Origin: Octopus sinensis
Taxonomy: Eukaryota
NCBI RefSeq assembly: GCF_006345805.1
Contig: NW_021831833.1
Location: 1-64,000 of the forward strand
DNA length: 64,000 bases
Direction: 5' to 3'
Shown here: piece after piece, positions 45,526 to 58,111 of the stretch
Numbering within the stretch: the first letter of the stretch is position 1
Layout: the number at the start of each line of letters is the position of its first letter
The notes under the pieces: model-generated
The model's input: the letters and a program-made list of their open reading frames with translations, nothing else
The model's database searches: none
Told to the model about the DNA's origin: nothing
Position numbers and translations under genes: made by a program

Positions 45526-45909
45526 TCTCTCTATATAAAGCTGAAGTTGTCTGTGTATGGCAGGTAGCCTTCAACTAACACTATATCCTCCGAGACCCTG
45601 CGGCGCAAGTTGACCAAAATTGAGAGTATGATAGAAGAAGGCTTGCTCTTCCTTTCGTAGAAGAAAAAATTCAAATCGGACCATGTTAACACCAAAGATT
45701 ATTTACATCAAAAAGGTGCATTTTTCTATGAAAATGCCTTTTTTTTACGATTTTTTGACCGCTGTGTCGCCATTTTTCAGTGTATTTCAACCAGAAAAAT
45801 GTTCACTTAAAGGGAATAACAAGTTACATAATGCAAAATTTTTACTTTTCAAAAATTCCAATTCTAAAGGGTCGAAACAAACCCGAGCAACGCCGGGCGA
45901 TACTGCTAG
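45526..45909 (+). mobile_element. Non-autonomous Helitron
   Basis: 5' tctctctatataaagctgaag; subterminal GC hairpin cccgagcaacgccggg (45882-45897); CTAG at 45906-45909 followed by T. Confidence 0.75.
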
Positions 45910-46964
45910 TATACTATAATCTTGCAAAAGGAGAACATGTTTGACAACATATGTTCTTAGATACATTGTAATTAGAGATTAGATGGAATGGTCATGGCCG
46001 TAATTCTTTTGCTTATATGTTCTCGATCAGAATGTTGTTGATTGAGAAAACCCAGGTTTAAAAAAGTTCCAGCTGTAACAAACCACCTCATCTACTTTGG
46101 TATAATATAGTCTTAAGGGTATGATTGGGTGGTTGGGGGAATCTAGCAACTATTTCTAGGCAGGTCAAGTGAGGGCTCTTTTATTGGCGCCTTTTAGCTT
46201 ATATTATGGTTGTGTATAACGTTAAGATCAATTCTGACTAAACAGACATATGATTAAAGGCACATCTGTCATAATCATCGCATCTTATTTTGGTTTTTGA
46301 AGATTAGTGTTCACTTTCAAGACATTAGGGAATGAGCTGTTATTTCATGCATGTTGTGCAACCACATATGGAGTTCAGGTCCCTCGTGCTGTTCACTGTT
46401 TGTATTGATGTTTGTAATACACTTCATAATGGTGGTGTTGCTGGTAGTGGTCATTGTAGTGAAGATAATGGAGGTGGTAGTGTCGTTTTGGTGGTGGTTG
46501 TGTATGAGTATGGCGGCTTGTGGTGGGAGGTTTCATTGGCATTGATGCGATAATAATGTTTATAAGAGAGAATGGATGACCGGATGGCTGAAATAAAACA
46601 CCAAAAGAAGAATTCACGTTGAGAAGAATCTAAAACTCAAAGAAAGGAGTCATTCAGAGAAAGGAAAGAGAAAAAACAAAAATGGCAACCTATTATTGGC
46701 ATTTCATGCTGTCATTTCTGTGTACCACATACCACATAACAGGCACATACAGGCACACGCCCGTACAAGCACACTTATACACATACATGACTAAATGCAA
46801 TGAATACATACATTTATATGCCTATATACATCAACTACATATACATACCTACATACATGCATAAACACGGACGCATGAGATTATCCATACTTGTTATCAC
46901 AGAGAAAGTAATCAATGAGATAAAATATAGCACTGTATCATACGCATGTATGTAGATTTACAAT

Positions 46965-47015
<51 letters not shown>

Positions 47016-48036
47016 TATATATATATATATATATATATTATGTATCTATATACGCATGTATCTATGTGTGCATATTTAAGTGTGTATGCGTGTGTACAGG
47101 TATGGTAAATACATGCATACAAACATACATAGATACATACGTAAATGCATGCATATATGTATATGTATATATATGTTTGTATGTATTATTGTAGTATGTT
47201 TCTATACACACAGTCATATGTATTTCAAATTACATCTTTAACTTTGGATTCCCAAGCGACAATGAAACCGTCAAATAATTAAGGTATCTTTTCGCTGATA
47301 AGTAGCTGGCTGAGCACTCCTCACTGAGTAATTATTACATCAGAGGATCTGATAGCTAAGAAACATATGTAGGGTGGATTTTACTAGATCCACTCCTTCA
47401 ATTTGGATTTTTATTCGCATTCATAGCAAATCTAGGTGCTAACCGTGAGAAAATACAAAAACTTTTTCAGCTTCTCGGAATTTAATATAGGGAAAAAGCT
47501 CACAACCTTCGACGGCAAAAGATTATTATTGTTCTTGAACGTTGTTTTTATACCTACAACGGTCCACTCGAAGCTGAGAAACTTCCTACACTTAGATCCT
47601 TGGATATTACCAAAAATCAAAGTGGATGAAAGATTTTCGTAAGTCAAGATCCTTTATCATGGAAATACAAAATGCATTAAACATTCTTCGTGATGTTAGG
47701 TTTCAGGCGCCTCAATATTGTAATCCAAAGAAAAGCAGTATTATTTGTACCTCTGATGAGAGAAATGCGACTATTTGTATCGGGTGGAAAACTCGCCTAA
47801 TTCAAACACATTCCTTGAAACGATCGTAAGGTTTTGTAATACTGCTTTCATATATAGATATGTGTCTATTTATATGTTAAACAAAAACATTTCCCTAAAC
47901 CCTGGATTTTCTACATTTATAAGTAGGCTGTCACATCCTTGGTACTTAGATGAACTTTTCGTTACTCTGCCAACTATTTATTTAATTTTTCAGTGAAAAA
48001 TACACATACATTGATATGTATATATATATATACATC

Positions 48037-48310
48037 GTGAGGTTGTGTGTTGGAATCCCGGACCAGGCTGCATGTTGTGTTCTTGAGCAAGACACTTTAT
48101 TTCACGTTGCACCAGTCCACTCAGCTGTAGAAATGAGTTGCGACGTCACAGGTGCCAAACTGTATCTGCTGTTGCCTTTCCCTTGGATAACACTGGTGGC
48201 GTGGAGAGGGAAGGCCGGTATGCATGGGCGACTGCTGGTCTTCCATAAACAACCTTGCCCGGACTTGTGCCTCGGAGGGTAACTTCCTAGGTGCAATCCC
48301 ATGGTCAGTC
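48037..48310 (+). mobile_element. SINE family D
   Basis: Reverse-complement match to 6025-6300. Confidence 0.85.
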
Positions 48311-48741
48311 AATCGATGTTCCCTCATTATTGTGACACAGCAGTGAAAAGTATTGTCCGTGATTGCTCGAAATGTGGAGAGCGGACAACTGATGAAGGGT
48401 CATTCTTTGTATTACTTGTCCTTTTTTTCTGTCGTTATTTGCGTATTTAACTCATTTGTTTTCGTATCTTATGTTGTTTACTGCTGGTGATGTCCTGTAC
48501 CTATATCTGCATATATATATATATATATAATCTCAAGATTAATCACCCGAAATTGCGAGGATGATCTAGTTCTTGATTGAGGATAGAAAGCTTCGAATGA
48601 CCCATCCTTTTTTTTTTTTCGTATCGTCTGTCTGGATGTTTTTTGGTCCCTTTTTGTATCACCTAGTTGTTCGGATGTTTTGCGTTCTTGTCCCATTTTG
48701 TATTTTATATATATATTTTATATACATATATATATATATAT

Positions 48742-48795
<54 letters not shown>

Positions 48796-48797
<2 letters not shown>

Positions 48798-50042
48798 TTG
48801 TTTTCATGCGGTTCATCTTGAGACCTACTGCAGAACTTTTGATGTCGAGCTCCGTCAGCATGGTCTGAAGCTGATCCATGTTTTCAGCGATGAGTACGAT
48901 GTCGTCAGCGAAATGTAGGTGAGTGAGGAGCTCGCCATTGATGTTGACACCACCTTGCCAGTCGATGCCTCTGATGATCTGTTCGAGACATGCAGTGAAA
49001 AGTTTTGGGGAGATTGTATCTCCTTGCTTCACTCCCTTCTCGACCGGCACTCGTAAGGGTGATGACAGTAGAGCTATGTCGGTGGTGCATCCGGAATTTG
49101 CCTCTCTGAGCAGCTGCACATATTGCGCTTCGATTCCTTGCCTCTGCAGCGAGTTCAGCACTGCGTTGGTTTCGACGCTATCGAAGGCCTTCTCATAATC
49201 TATAAACGCAACGCAAAGAGGCAGCTTGGACTCATTTGCTCGCTCAAGCAGTTGTGTTAGAGTAAATATATGGTCCATGGTGCTGTAGTTCTTCCGGAAG
49301 CCTGCTTGCTCCCTCGTTTGTTGTTCGTCGAGACGACGTGACAACCTGTTCAGAATTATCTTCTGACCGCATGAAAACAAAGTTCATGCGGTCAGACAAA
49401 GTACCAACAGGTCGAATGGTGATCGGCAGTGATGAAATAGAGGAGGTGAGGGAATATGTCTACCTGGGACAGGAAGTAAATATGTGCCGGGATATCAAAA
49501 AGGAGATCTCACGGAGAGTAAGGGCCGGATGGAAGGCGTTCAATGGCATAAGGGATGTGCTCAGGGGAAGTTTGGACAGGACCACCCGCGCCAACCTCAT
49601 TAACAGTGCAGTTCTGCCTGCAATGTTATATGGTAGTGAAACGTGGGCTACCGCAAAGAGAGAAGAGCAAAGACTGGTAACGGCTCAAAGAGCCATGGAA
49701 AGGTGAATGCTTGGTATCTCGTTGAGAGAGCCCATAAGTAGCAAGATCATCAGAAAGAAGTCCGGCGTGAGAGATGCCATCGCAGAGTATACACGCAGCA
49801 AGTATAGATGGGCTGGACACGTCATCCGGCTCACCGATAATCGGTGGACGCACGCAGTCGCCGAGTGGTACCCGCGTGAGCGGAAAAGATCACCCGGAAG
49901 ACCTCCACGACGGTGGAGTTACGATTTCAGGAGGACGATGGGGATCACGTGGATGAGAAAGGCGCGGAGTGGACAGCGTGCTGAGACTAGCGGTGTCAAA
50001 TGGACGCCTGACGGACTGGTCGGTCAAGGTGATCAAGGTGAT
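48796..50042. mobile_element. Young RTE-clade LINE with inverted 5' segment
   Basis: Minus 48796-49361: QAGFR, FIDYEKAFDSV, GVKQGDTISPKLF, HFADD, GLKMNRMKTK. Plus from 49366: MKTKFMRS, YVYLG, LYGSETW, WAGHV, GRPPRRW; tail (caaggtgat)x2; stop at 49704-49706. Confidence 0.93.
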
Positions 50043-50048
50043 ATATAT

Positions 50049-50089
50049 ACTAGCATTATGACCCGGCGTTGCCGGGTCATAGTGCTAGT
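50049..50089. mobile_element. Helitron-like terminal hairpin, CTAG on both arms
   Basis: actagcattatgacccggc-gtt-gccgggtcatagtgctagt: 19-bp arms, one mismatch. Confidence 0.65.
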
Positions 50090-50229
50090 GTATGTATGTG
50101 TATATATATGTGTACATATTACATGTACATCTATATATACACATCTACACATAAAATACAAAATACAAAGTTATATCTTGATATCGCTAGTGATAACAAT
50201 ACTCAAAATAGATAACAGACTAGAATTGT

Positions 50230-50760
50230 AGGCCCGTCTCTTGCAATTTCGATCAATTGTATCTTGTCCTCCTTCTTGTATAGAAGTGTGGCTACAATCC
50301 AGCCTACCTCTACTTTTGGGGGGACATTTTAAATTTTTATCCGGGACGTCCTACGTCCCAGATATAAAGGTAAAAATAAAATATTTCCACTTTGCAAGGT
50401 TTGAGTCGACTACTCCCTTGCCCGCTCCGTTGACTCGAACCTTGCTTCTATTGTGGCGAATTTACCGCCTTTGGTTAGATACTTGATATCTTTCATAGTC
50501 GTACCAAGACATTTTTCGATGGTGCTTTCCTCCAGGTGTTCAAATCTTTTTTTTTTCTCTACATTGTATACTTTATACACAATAGTCTTTTCTTTAATTT
50601 AATTTTTTATTTCGTTTGGTGGCGTTATCCTAGATTCACCGTCTTTGTCGCTGATCAATCCGAAATAGGCTTGTATTTCTTCCATTTTAATTTTAATGAG
50701 TTCGCGCCCGTCGACGGCTGCAGCGAAATTCATTTTTAGACTTTCTTCTATCGAAGGCAT
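50230..50760 (-). pseudogene. LINE ORF1-like N-terminal pseudogene fragment (probably L1/Tx1 group)
   Basis: One frame from ATG 50760: MPSIEESLKMNFAAAVDGREL...KTIVYKVY...IKYLTKGGKFATIEARF...LYLGRRTSRIKI*NVPPKVEVGW, with three stops. Family assignment is from memory. Confidence 0.55.
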
Positions 50761-50954
50761 TTTAACAAAAATGCTTCCTTATAAACTGTGAAATTATTGT
50801 CAATTTCCCCAAACAGGGACACATTTCAATTTTTAAACAATAACCAAAGCTCCTTCTCCCAAAGTGGGAGGGTTACGGTTTACCATTATTTAATAAATGC
50901 AACACAGCAACGTTTCCCTTACAGGGAACCAACAAACGTATATATATATATATA

Positions 50955-51360
50955 CTCTTTACTTGTTTCAGTCATTTGACTGCGGCCCTGCTGGAGCACC
51001 GCCTTTAGTCGAGCAAATCGACCCCGGGACTTATTCTTTGTAAGCCCAGTACTTATTCTATCGGTCTCTTTTGCCGAACCGCTAAGTGACGGGGACGTAA
51101 ACACACCAGCATCGGTTGTCAAGCAATGCTAGAGAGACAAACACAGACACACAAACATACACACACACAGACATATATATATATATACATATATACGACA
51201 GGCTTCTTTCCGTTTCCGTCTACCAAATCCACTCACAAGGCTTTGGTCGGCCCGAGGCTATAGCAGAAGACACTTGTCCAAGATGCCACGCAGTGGGACT
51301 GAACCCGGAACCATGTGGCTGGTTAGCAAGCTACTTATCACACAGCCCCTCCTGCGCCTA
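50955..51360 (-). mobile_element. Composite SINE (B head, microsatellite, C module)
   Basis: Reverse complement of the 60036-61006 architecture without the nested insert. Confidence 0.88.
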
Positions 51361-51929
51361 TATATATATATTTCCAATTAGTTTATATATATATATATAT
51401 ATATATAACACGCAAACACATATATATATGCATGTGCATATGCATGCATACACATACAATCAGTCTCTGCATTATTCTGTATATTCTAATTTCAACAATT
51501 TGACTCTTTCTCTATCTCAGCTGCTCTCTTATTTTCCCTCAGCCTATAAATCTTTCCTCCTTCTTTTTCTATCGTTCACCTCTGTCGCTGTATTTCCGTC
51601 ACACACTCACACATGCACACACACACGCCCTCCTTCCTTCTCTCTCTCTCTCTCTCACTTTCACTTTTTGTCTCATATTTTAATCTATGCTATAAGCAAC
51701 GTATTTTCCTTCATATGACCATAATTTCTTTCATTCAGAATTCTTTCTTTATTTTTTAATCTTTTTTTTTTGTTTTTGGATCTAACTCCTTCTTTACGCG
51801 TTTTATTTCTTCGCTTTTCTAATTAATACCATTTATGAAAAGAAGATGAAAAATGCACGCACACGCACACATCCGCACACACACGCACACATACACACAC
51901 TCACACGCATTCTCTCATACACACAAGCA

Positions 51930-51977
<48 letters not shown>

Positions 51978-52147
51978 GTATGTATGTATGTATATATATG
52001 TATATATATGTATGTGTGTATGGGTAGGTATTTATATGTGTGTGTGTATGTGTATGTATATGCACATATACATACAAACGCTTATACATATATACGCACA
52101 TATATAAATATGTATGTATACATATGTGTGCTTGCGTGTGTGTGTTA

Positions 52148-52179
<32 letters not shown>

Positions 52180-52449
52180 CCAAATATATATTAGTATCTG
52201 GAATGGCTGAAAGCTATTCCAGAAACGAATTCTGTGTGTCTTGATATTTTTACAACTATCTAATTGCACATCAAACGCCATTTGTCTTTGGACGGGATTA
52301 AAACCATTAAACCATTGCGGACGAACGCTGAACACATGGACATCGTTCTCTGCACCTCCCCGTCTCCACCCATCCATTCAGCCAACTAATATCCACTTCA
52401 CCTCCATCCTCTCCGACCCAAAGATCATAATAAAAAATATTATTATTAC

Positions 52450-52521
<72 letters not shown>

Positions 52522-52624
52522 GTTGTTGTTGTTGTTTTAGTTGTTGTAGTTGATCTTTCCATTTTGGGTCTTGTGGCTAAAAAAATTATTGTTGTTGTTG
52601 TTATTATTATTATTATTATTACTA

Positions 52625-52672
<48 letters not shown>

Positions 52673-52711
52673 GTCATTGCTACTATTGTTGTTGGTGCTG
52701 TTGTTGTTATT

Positions 52712-52760
<49 letters not shown>

Positions 52761-52953
52761 CCGAATGACGTGATGAAATGCCTTGTGGTAATTATTCCTC
52801 AGTATTGTGTTCTGTTCTCTGTTTCAAACGCAGCACATGACAACCTCTATTTTCATCCTTCAGCCGACAAAATGCTGGATTATTGAAATAGTGGAATCGG
52901 GTTAACCGACTAAATCTCTCCTCCATATTTGCTGGATTTGTTCCATTATTATC

Positions 52954-52995
<42 letters not shown>

Positions 52996-52996
52996 G

Positions 52997-53721
52997 AGTG
53001 AGCGAGCAGAGCATGCCATCAAAGTGACACTGGGGTAAAATATACGAAGCCCAGTATACCCATCATGACTACCCGTCTGATAAGGGTACACTAGGCACAT
53101 GCATCACAACCATATGTGCGCGACATGGTAATCTCATATCAAGATAAACAGCACATGACCTTGCAGGTGGAGCCCAGTTAGAATTTTCTTCTGGTCGAGT
53201 AACCCATCCTGCTCAAAAGGTCCCTGAATAAGGGTTGTTTAAGGACGTTGAACGAAACACCCATGTTTCCAGAGGTGAATTATTCAAACCCCAAAGAATC
53301 CTTCTCAACACATGGCTATGATGCTCCCCCACTACTTCTGCTCGTGATCAGAGATGCACATATCGTCAGCCACTAAGGGACATGCTCAACTGGTTAAGGT
53401 CAAACAACTGACAAGCAAATCTGTGGTATTGAGCAGAATATTTCTGCTCAATACCACAGATTCTGATTGGAAGTGTTATCATGTACGTTGTTTTGTCTTG
53501 GTATAAAAGATGGGCTACAGCAAATATTCTGCTCAATACCACAGATTTGCTTGTCAGTTGTTTGACCTTAACCAGTTGAGCATGTCCCTTAGTGGCTGAC
53601 GATATGTGCATCTCTGATCACGAGCAGAAGTAGTGGGGGAGCATCATAGCCATGTGTTGAGAAGGATTCTTTGGGGTTTGAATAATTCACCTCTGGAAAC
53701 ATGGGTGTTTCGTTCAACGTC
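52997..53721. mobile_element. (TAA)n-embedded element with 200-bp perfect inverted duplication
   Basis: 53244-53443 is the reverse complement of 53522-53721; (TTA)n/(ATT)n on both sides. Confidence 0.9.
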
Positions 53722-53789
53722 ATTATTATTATTATTATTATTGTTATTATTATTATTATTCTCAGAGCTCTGTCTTACTTGCTCTGGTT

Positions 53790-54070
53790 GATTCTGTGAA
53801 GCGAGCAGCAGCCTGTTAGAGGTCCCAGAGGGCCTTACCGCAAATTATAAGACTTAGAACTTGGCTGTTAAGCGTTGTGAAAGATAGTGGAAGAGGTTCA
53901 ATACCCAAGCACCAGTCTCTAAATCCTAGCTGTACCCAGTAGAGCAGATATGCTCTGCTTTCAATGCTCTGCTTTCCAATTTCTCCGACATATTTTTCGA
54001 ATTTTGTGGTTAGTGCTCTGAGTGCCCCTATAAGTACTGGGTTAACAGTTACTCCTCCTCATTACCACAT
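53790..54070 (-). mobile_element. Dong/R4-like extreme 3' fragment
   Basis: PVLIGALRAL.TKFEKY...ALLGTARI remnant next to (TAA)n. Confidence 0.6.
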
Positions 54071-54077
54071 TCCAGAC

Positions 54078-54285
54078 GGTGAGCTGGTGCAATAGTTAAG
54101 CACGCTGGACGAAATGTTTACCGACATTTCATCCGTCTTTACGTTCTGAGTTCAAATTCCGCTGAGGTCGACTTTGCTTTTGTCCTTTCGGGGTCATTAA
54201 AATAAATACCAGTTGAGCACTAGAGTTGATGAAATCGGCTTACCCCACTCCCTGAAATTGCTGGCCTTGTACCAAAATTTTAAAT
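54078..54285 (+). mobile_element. SINE family A
   Basis: ggtgagctgg...gttcaaattccgctgaggtcgactttgc. Confidence 0.8.
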
Positions 54286-54769
54286 CATTATTATTATTTT
54301 TATTATTGTTCTCATTGTTCTTGCCACTATCTTCTTCTTCTTCTTCTTCTTCTTCTTCTTCTTCTTCTTCTTCTTCTTCTTCTTCTTCTTCTTCTTCTTC
54401 TTCTTCTTCTTCTCTTCTTCTTCTTCTTCTTCTTCTTCTTCTTCTTCTTCTTCTTCTTCTTCTTCTTCTTCTTCTTCTTCTTCTTCTTCTTCCAATCAGG
54501 ACTCACGCCATTAGCCACAAAGAATAATCTCTAATTTGAGTCTACTCTAAGCTACTAAGAATGTGTGTGGCAACTTGAAGATCCACCCACCACACGCGAT
54601 AGACTGTTGGTTGCACGGGCGCTAAAGCTACGTTGTATCCTCATTCGGTAAACGGTGACTTTTAACGGGGGGAGAGCTGAACCATCTTGGGGTACAGAGG
54701 ATTCGCAATCTAGACTAGGGTCTGAAAGTTTATCACACCAAAGTGAATTACACCATGGTCCCTCTGCTT

Positions 54770-54965
54770 TGTGGCAGAAGTAGGAAGAAAGAGTGAGAGA
54801 AATTTGTGGTGAAAGAGTACCGCGGGGCTCTCCCCAACCGCCGGAGATTCGTGGTGCTTAGGTGCATTTGCTCAATAAACACTCACAATGCCCGGTCTGG
54901 GATTCGAAACCGCGTTCTTGCGACCGCGAGTTTGCTGCCCTAACCACCGGGCCATTGCGCCTCCA
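54770..54965 (-). mobile_element. tRNA-derived SINE
   Basis: Minus-strand head gtggaggcgcaatggcccggtggttagggcag...ggtttcgaatccc. Confidence 0.7.
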
Positions 54966-55258
54966 CTCTTGTTGCTGTTGCTCGTAAAGGCGGCGAACTG
55001 GCAGCATTGTTAAGACGCTGGGTAAAATGCTAAGTAGTATTTCTTTATTCTTTGTGTTCTGAGGTGAAATGATGTCGTTCATCCTTTCAGGATTGACGAA
55101 TTTAGAACCAGTTAATTTCTGGTGTCTATGTAATGAACTAAACCCATCCCACTAAATTTCAGGTCTTCTGACTATAGTACAAAGGATTTTATTATGTAGG
55201 TGGTGAAATGGCAGGATCGTTTGTACAAAAGGCTTAGTGACATTTCATCCATCTTTAC

Positions 55259-55475
55259 TCTGTTGTGTCTGGGGAGAGTCATTTTCTTTTTGTGCTTTAT
55301 AATGTAACGCACTCACCGGTAAAATTTCCACTTATAAGAAATAAGTGGAAATTTTACCGGTGAGTGTGTTACGTTATAAGGCACAAAATAAGAATTACTC
55401 TCCCCAGACACATCAGAATATGCTTCAACACACGAACTCATATAAAGAATCTTGCAAACCAAATCCAAAAACGAA
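55259..55475. mobile_element. Hairpin-plus-tail insertion inside a family A SINE
   Basis: Palindrome 55259-55417 (5-nt loop) plus a 58-nt tail; atccatctttac repeated at 55247-55258 and 55476-55487. Confidence 0.8.
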
Positions 55476-55608
55476 ATCCATCTTTACGTTTTGAGATGAA
55501 ATTCCGTCAAGGTCGATTTTGTCGTTAAAATCAGTAATAGTTGAGCACTGAGATCGATGTAATTGATTTACTCCCTCTACCAAAATTGCTGGCCTTGTGT
55601 TGTCAATC

Positions 55609-55640
<32 letters not shown>

Positions 55641-55842
55641 AAGCTAAGCTCTTAGCTTAGCTTTTCCTTGGGGCTGGCCAGATCGGAGCAATCTCAAGAT
55701 TAATCAGACGAAATTGCGAGGATGATCCGGTTCTTGACTGAAGATTAAAGGCTTTGAATGACCCGTCCGTGTTTTTTGTATCGTCTATCTGGATGTTTTG
55801 CGTTCTTGTCCCATTTTGTATTTTTTTAAACACACACATATG

Positions 55843-55882
<40 letters not shown>

Positions 55883-55933
55883 GCGGCGTACGTACACTTT
55901 ATTCTCACACACACCACACACACACCACACACA

Positions 55934-55983
<50 letters not shown>

Positions 55984-56008
55984 TATGTGGGCACAGGACG
56001 TTACGAAA

Positions 56009-56211
56009 TGTATACAACAAAAAAAATATGAAGTTCGAGTACATGGAATATGAAATATGTTTTCGAAGAACGAAAGACACAAATGGAAAACAAGACAAAT
56101 AACAAGAACGACCCCTCATCAATTGTTTGTTTTGTTTTCCATATGTGTCTTTCGTTGTTCGAAAAAATAGTCCATGTTCCATGTACTCGTACTTCTTTTT
56201 TTTGTTGCACA
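56009..56211. mobile_element. Imperfect palindromic (MITE-like) element
   Basis: acaacaaaaaaaa..gagtacatggaa..cgaaagacaca..ggaaaac is mirrored by the right arm. Confidence 0.75.
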
Positions 56212-56416
56212 CTTTGCACACATATGCATATACGTATACGTATAGTTGTAAGTATGTACATATACTTATGTATAAAAAAATATCTATACATAGATCTACA
56301 GCTATCTGCGTCTAACTCTCTATTCATCTATATATCAATCGATCTGTGTGTGTGTGTGCATATGTGTGCATGTATACATACATACATACATACATACATA
56401 CATACATAATACATAC

Positions 56417-56448
<32 letters not shown>

Positions 56449-56499
56449 GTTGTGTGTGTGTGTGTGTGTGTGTGTGCGTACGCATATTAGCAATTGATT

Positions 56500-56830
56500 G
56501 AACAATAATACTCTTTGTTGATTCTTCGCTATCTGTATTTATCTTGTTAAAGATTTCCTAAACGATGATAACCTGCTGATACCTTTTTGTCTATAGATGT
56601 GATATGTCTTGACTAGAAGCGGAAATCAATCTGTTACACTATTTCTATGTTAAGCCACATACTCCACGTGTTCTGATAGACTTTTCTGATAGTGAGAGAA
56701 GACATTGGTTCTCGAAGACAGTTTAACAGTTCTTCAAATTTCATTCTGTTGATGGTGGCATTGCGTAACCGCATGTGGCTGCATTGTTTGCCAGAATGCT
56801 GTCTATGTTTACAACTCAGAGTTCTTCATG
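56500..56830 (-). mobile_element. Possible CR1-like 3' remnant
   Basis: RTNVFSHY..S..NTW-like patch; weak. Confidence 0.35.
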
Positions 56831-57516
56831 TAAAGTAGAGTCATTTGGTTAGTAGTTATATATAGCACTCCGTCGTTTTCGACGATGAGGGTTCTAGTTG
56901 ATCTGCTCACCGGAACAACCTGCTCGAGAAATTAACCTGCATGTGGCTGAGTACTCACCAGACACGTATACCCTTAACGTAGTTCTCAGGGTGAATCATT
57001 GTGAGACTGAAAAGTGACAAAGCTGGTACTTTGAAATACAGGTACTACTCATCTTGCCAGCTGAGTGGAATGGATCAACGTGAAATAAAGTGTCTTGCGA
57101 AAGGACACAGCGCGTCGCCTGGAATTGAACTCACAACCTTACGAATATCCCAACGATTAAGCCAATTAATGTGCCCTCAGTTATGCACACACACAAACAC
57201 ATACGTATTATCTGATACTTAAAACCTCTGCAATAGTTGAGCAAACCTTTATCAAAGGCGTTCTGGTTACGGTCAGCTCATCTTTTAATAAAATATACGC
57301 ATCCAAGGACTAAGATATGACCCAATATATTCTACGTTTTACTTCTTTTTTCAGAGATACCTGGGATTACTTTAAGGGATATTTGTCTACTTTTTCGAAC
57401 TATCCAAATTTTTCTATCTCTGTCTTTCCTACCCTCTCTCCTTTTCTCTCGCTCTCTATGCACACACACCTACATACATACATGCATGCGTAATACATAC
57501 GTGAATATATATATAT

Positions 57517-57563
<47 letters not shown>

Positions 57564-57819
57564 TATATATACATTATATATATATATTATTCTTTTATTC
57601 ATCTATTGTTTTTTTCTTCCAGTCATTTGACTGCGGCCATTCTGGGACACCGCTTTTTAGTCGAACAAATCGACCCCAGGACTTATTCTTTATAAGCTTA
57701 GTATTTATTCTATCGGTCTCTTTTCCCGAACCGCTAAGTTACGGGGAAGTAAACATACTAACATCGGTTGTCAAGCGATGATGGGGCAGAAACACAGACA
57801 CACAAATACACACACTCAC

Positions 57820-57879
<60 letters not shown>

Positions 57880-57963
57880 TAACCACATAAATGCAAAACA
57901 AGGTGGAAAAAATAGTACTGGAATCCCGAAGGTAGAGAATTATGCTTTTTTTTATTATTATAA

Positions 57964-58111
57964 CTGCAAAAACATCCCAAAATTGTTACTCAGAGTTTCA
58001 ATTTCATTTCCTCGTACAGTTGTGATGAAGAATGGAATAAAATTGTATTTCAATCTTGATCACAACTTTCCCACGAACGGAAACATGGAACAGTTTGTGA
58101 TGTTTTTGCAG
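57964..58111. repeat. Imperfect inverted-repeat element
   Basis: ctgcaaaaacatc..aaa.tgtt is mirrored by aacagtttgtgatgtttttgcag. Confidence 0.6.

Noticed and set aside
47430-47830. Overlapping short ORFs that look like decayed coding sequence
   Set aside because: Could not be assigned to any family.
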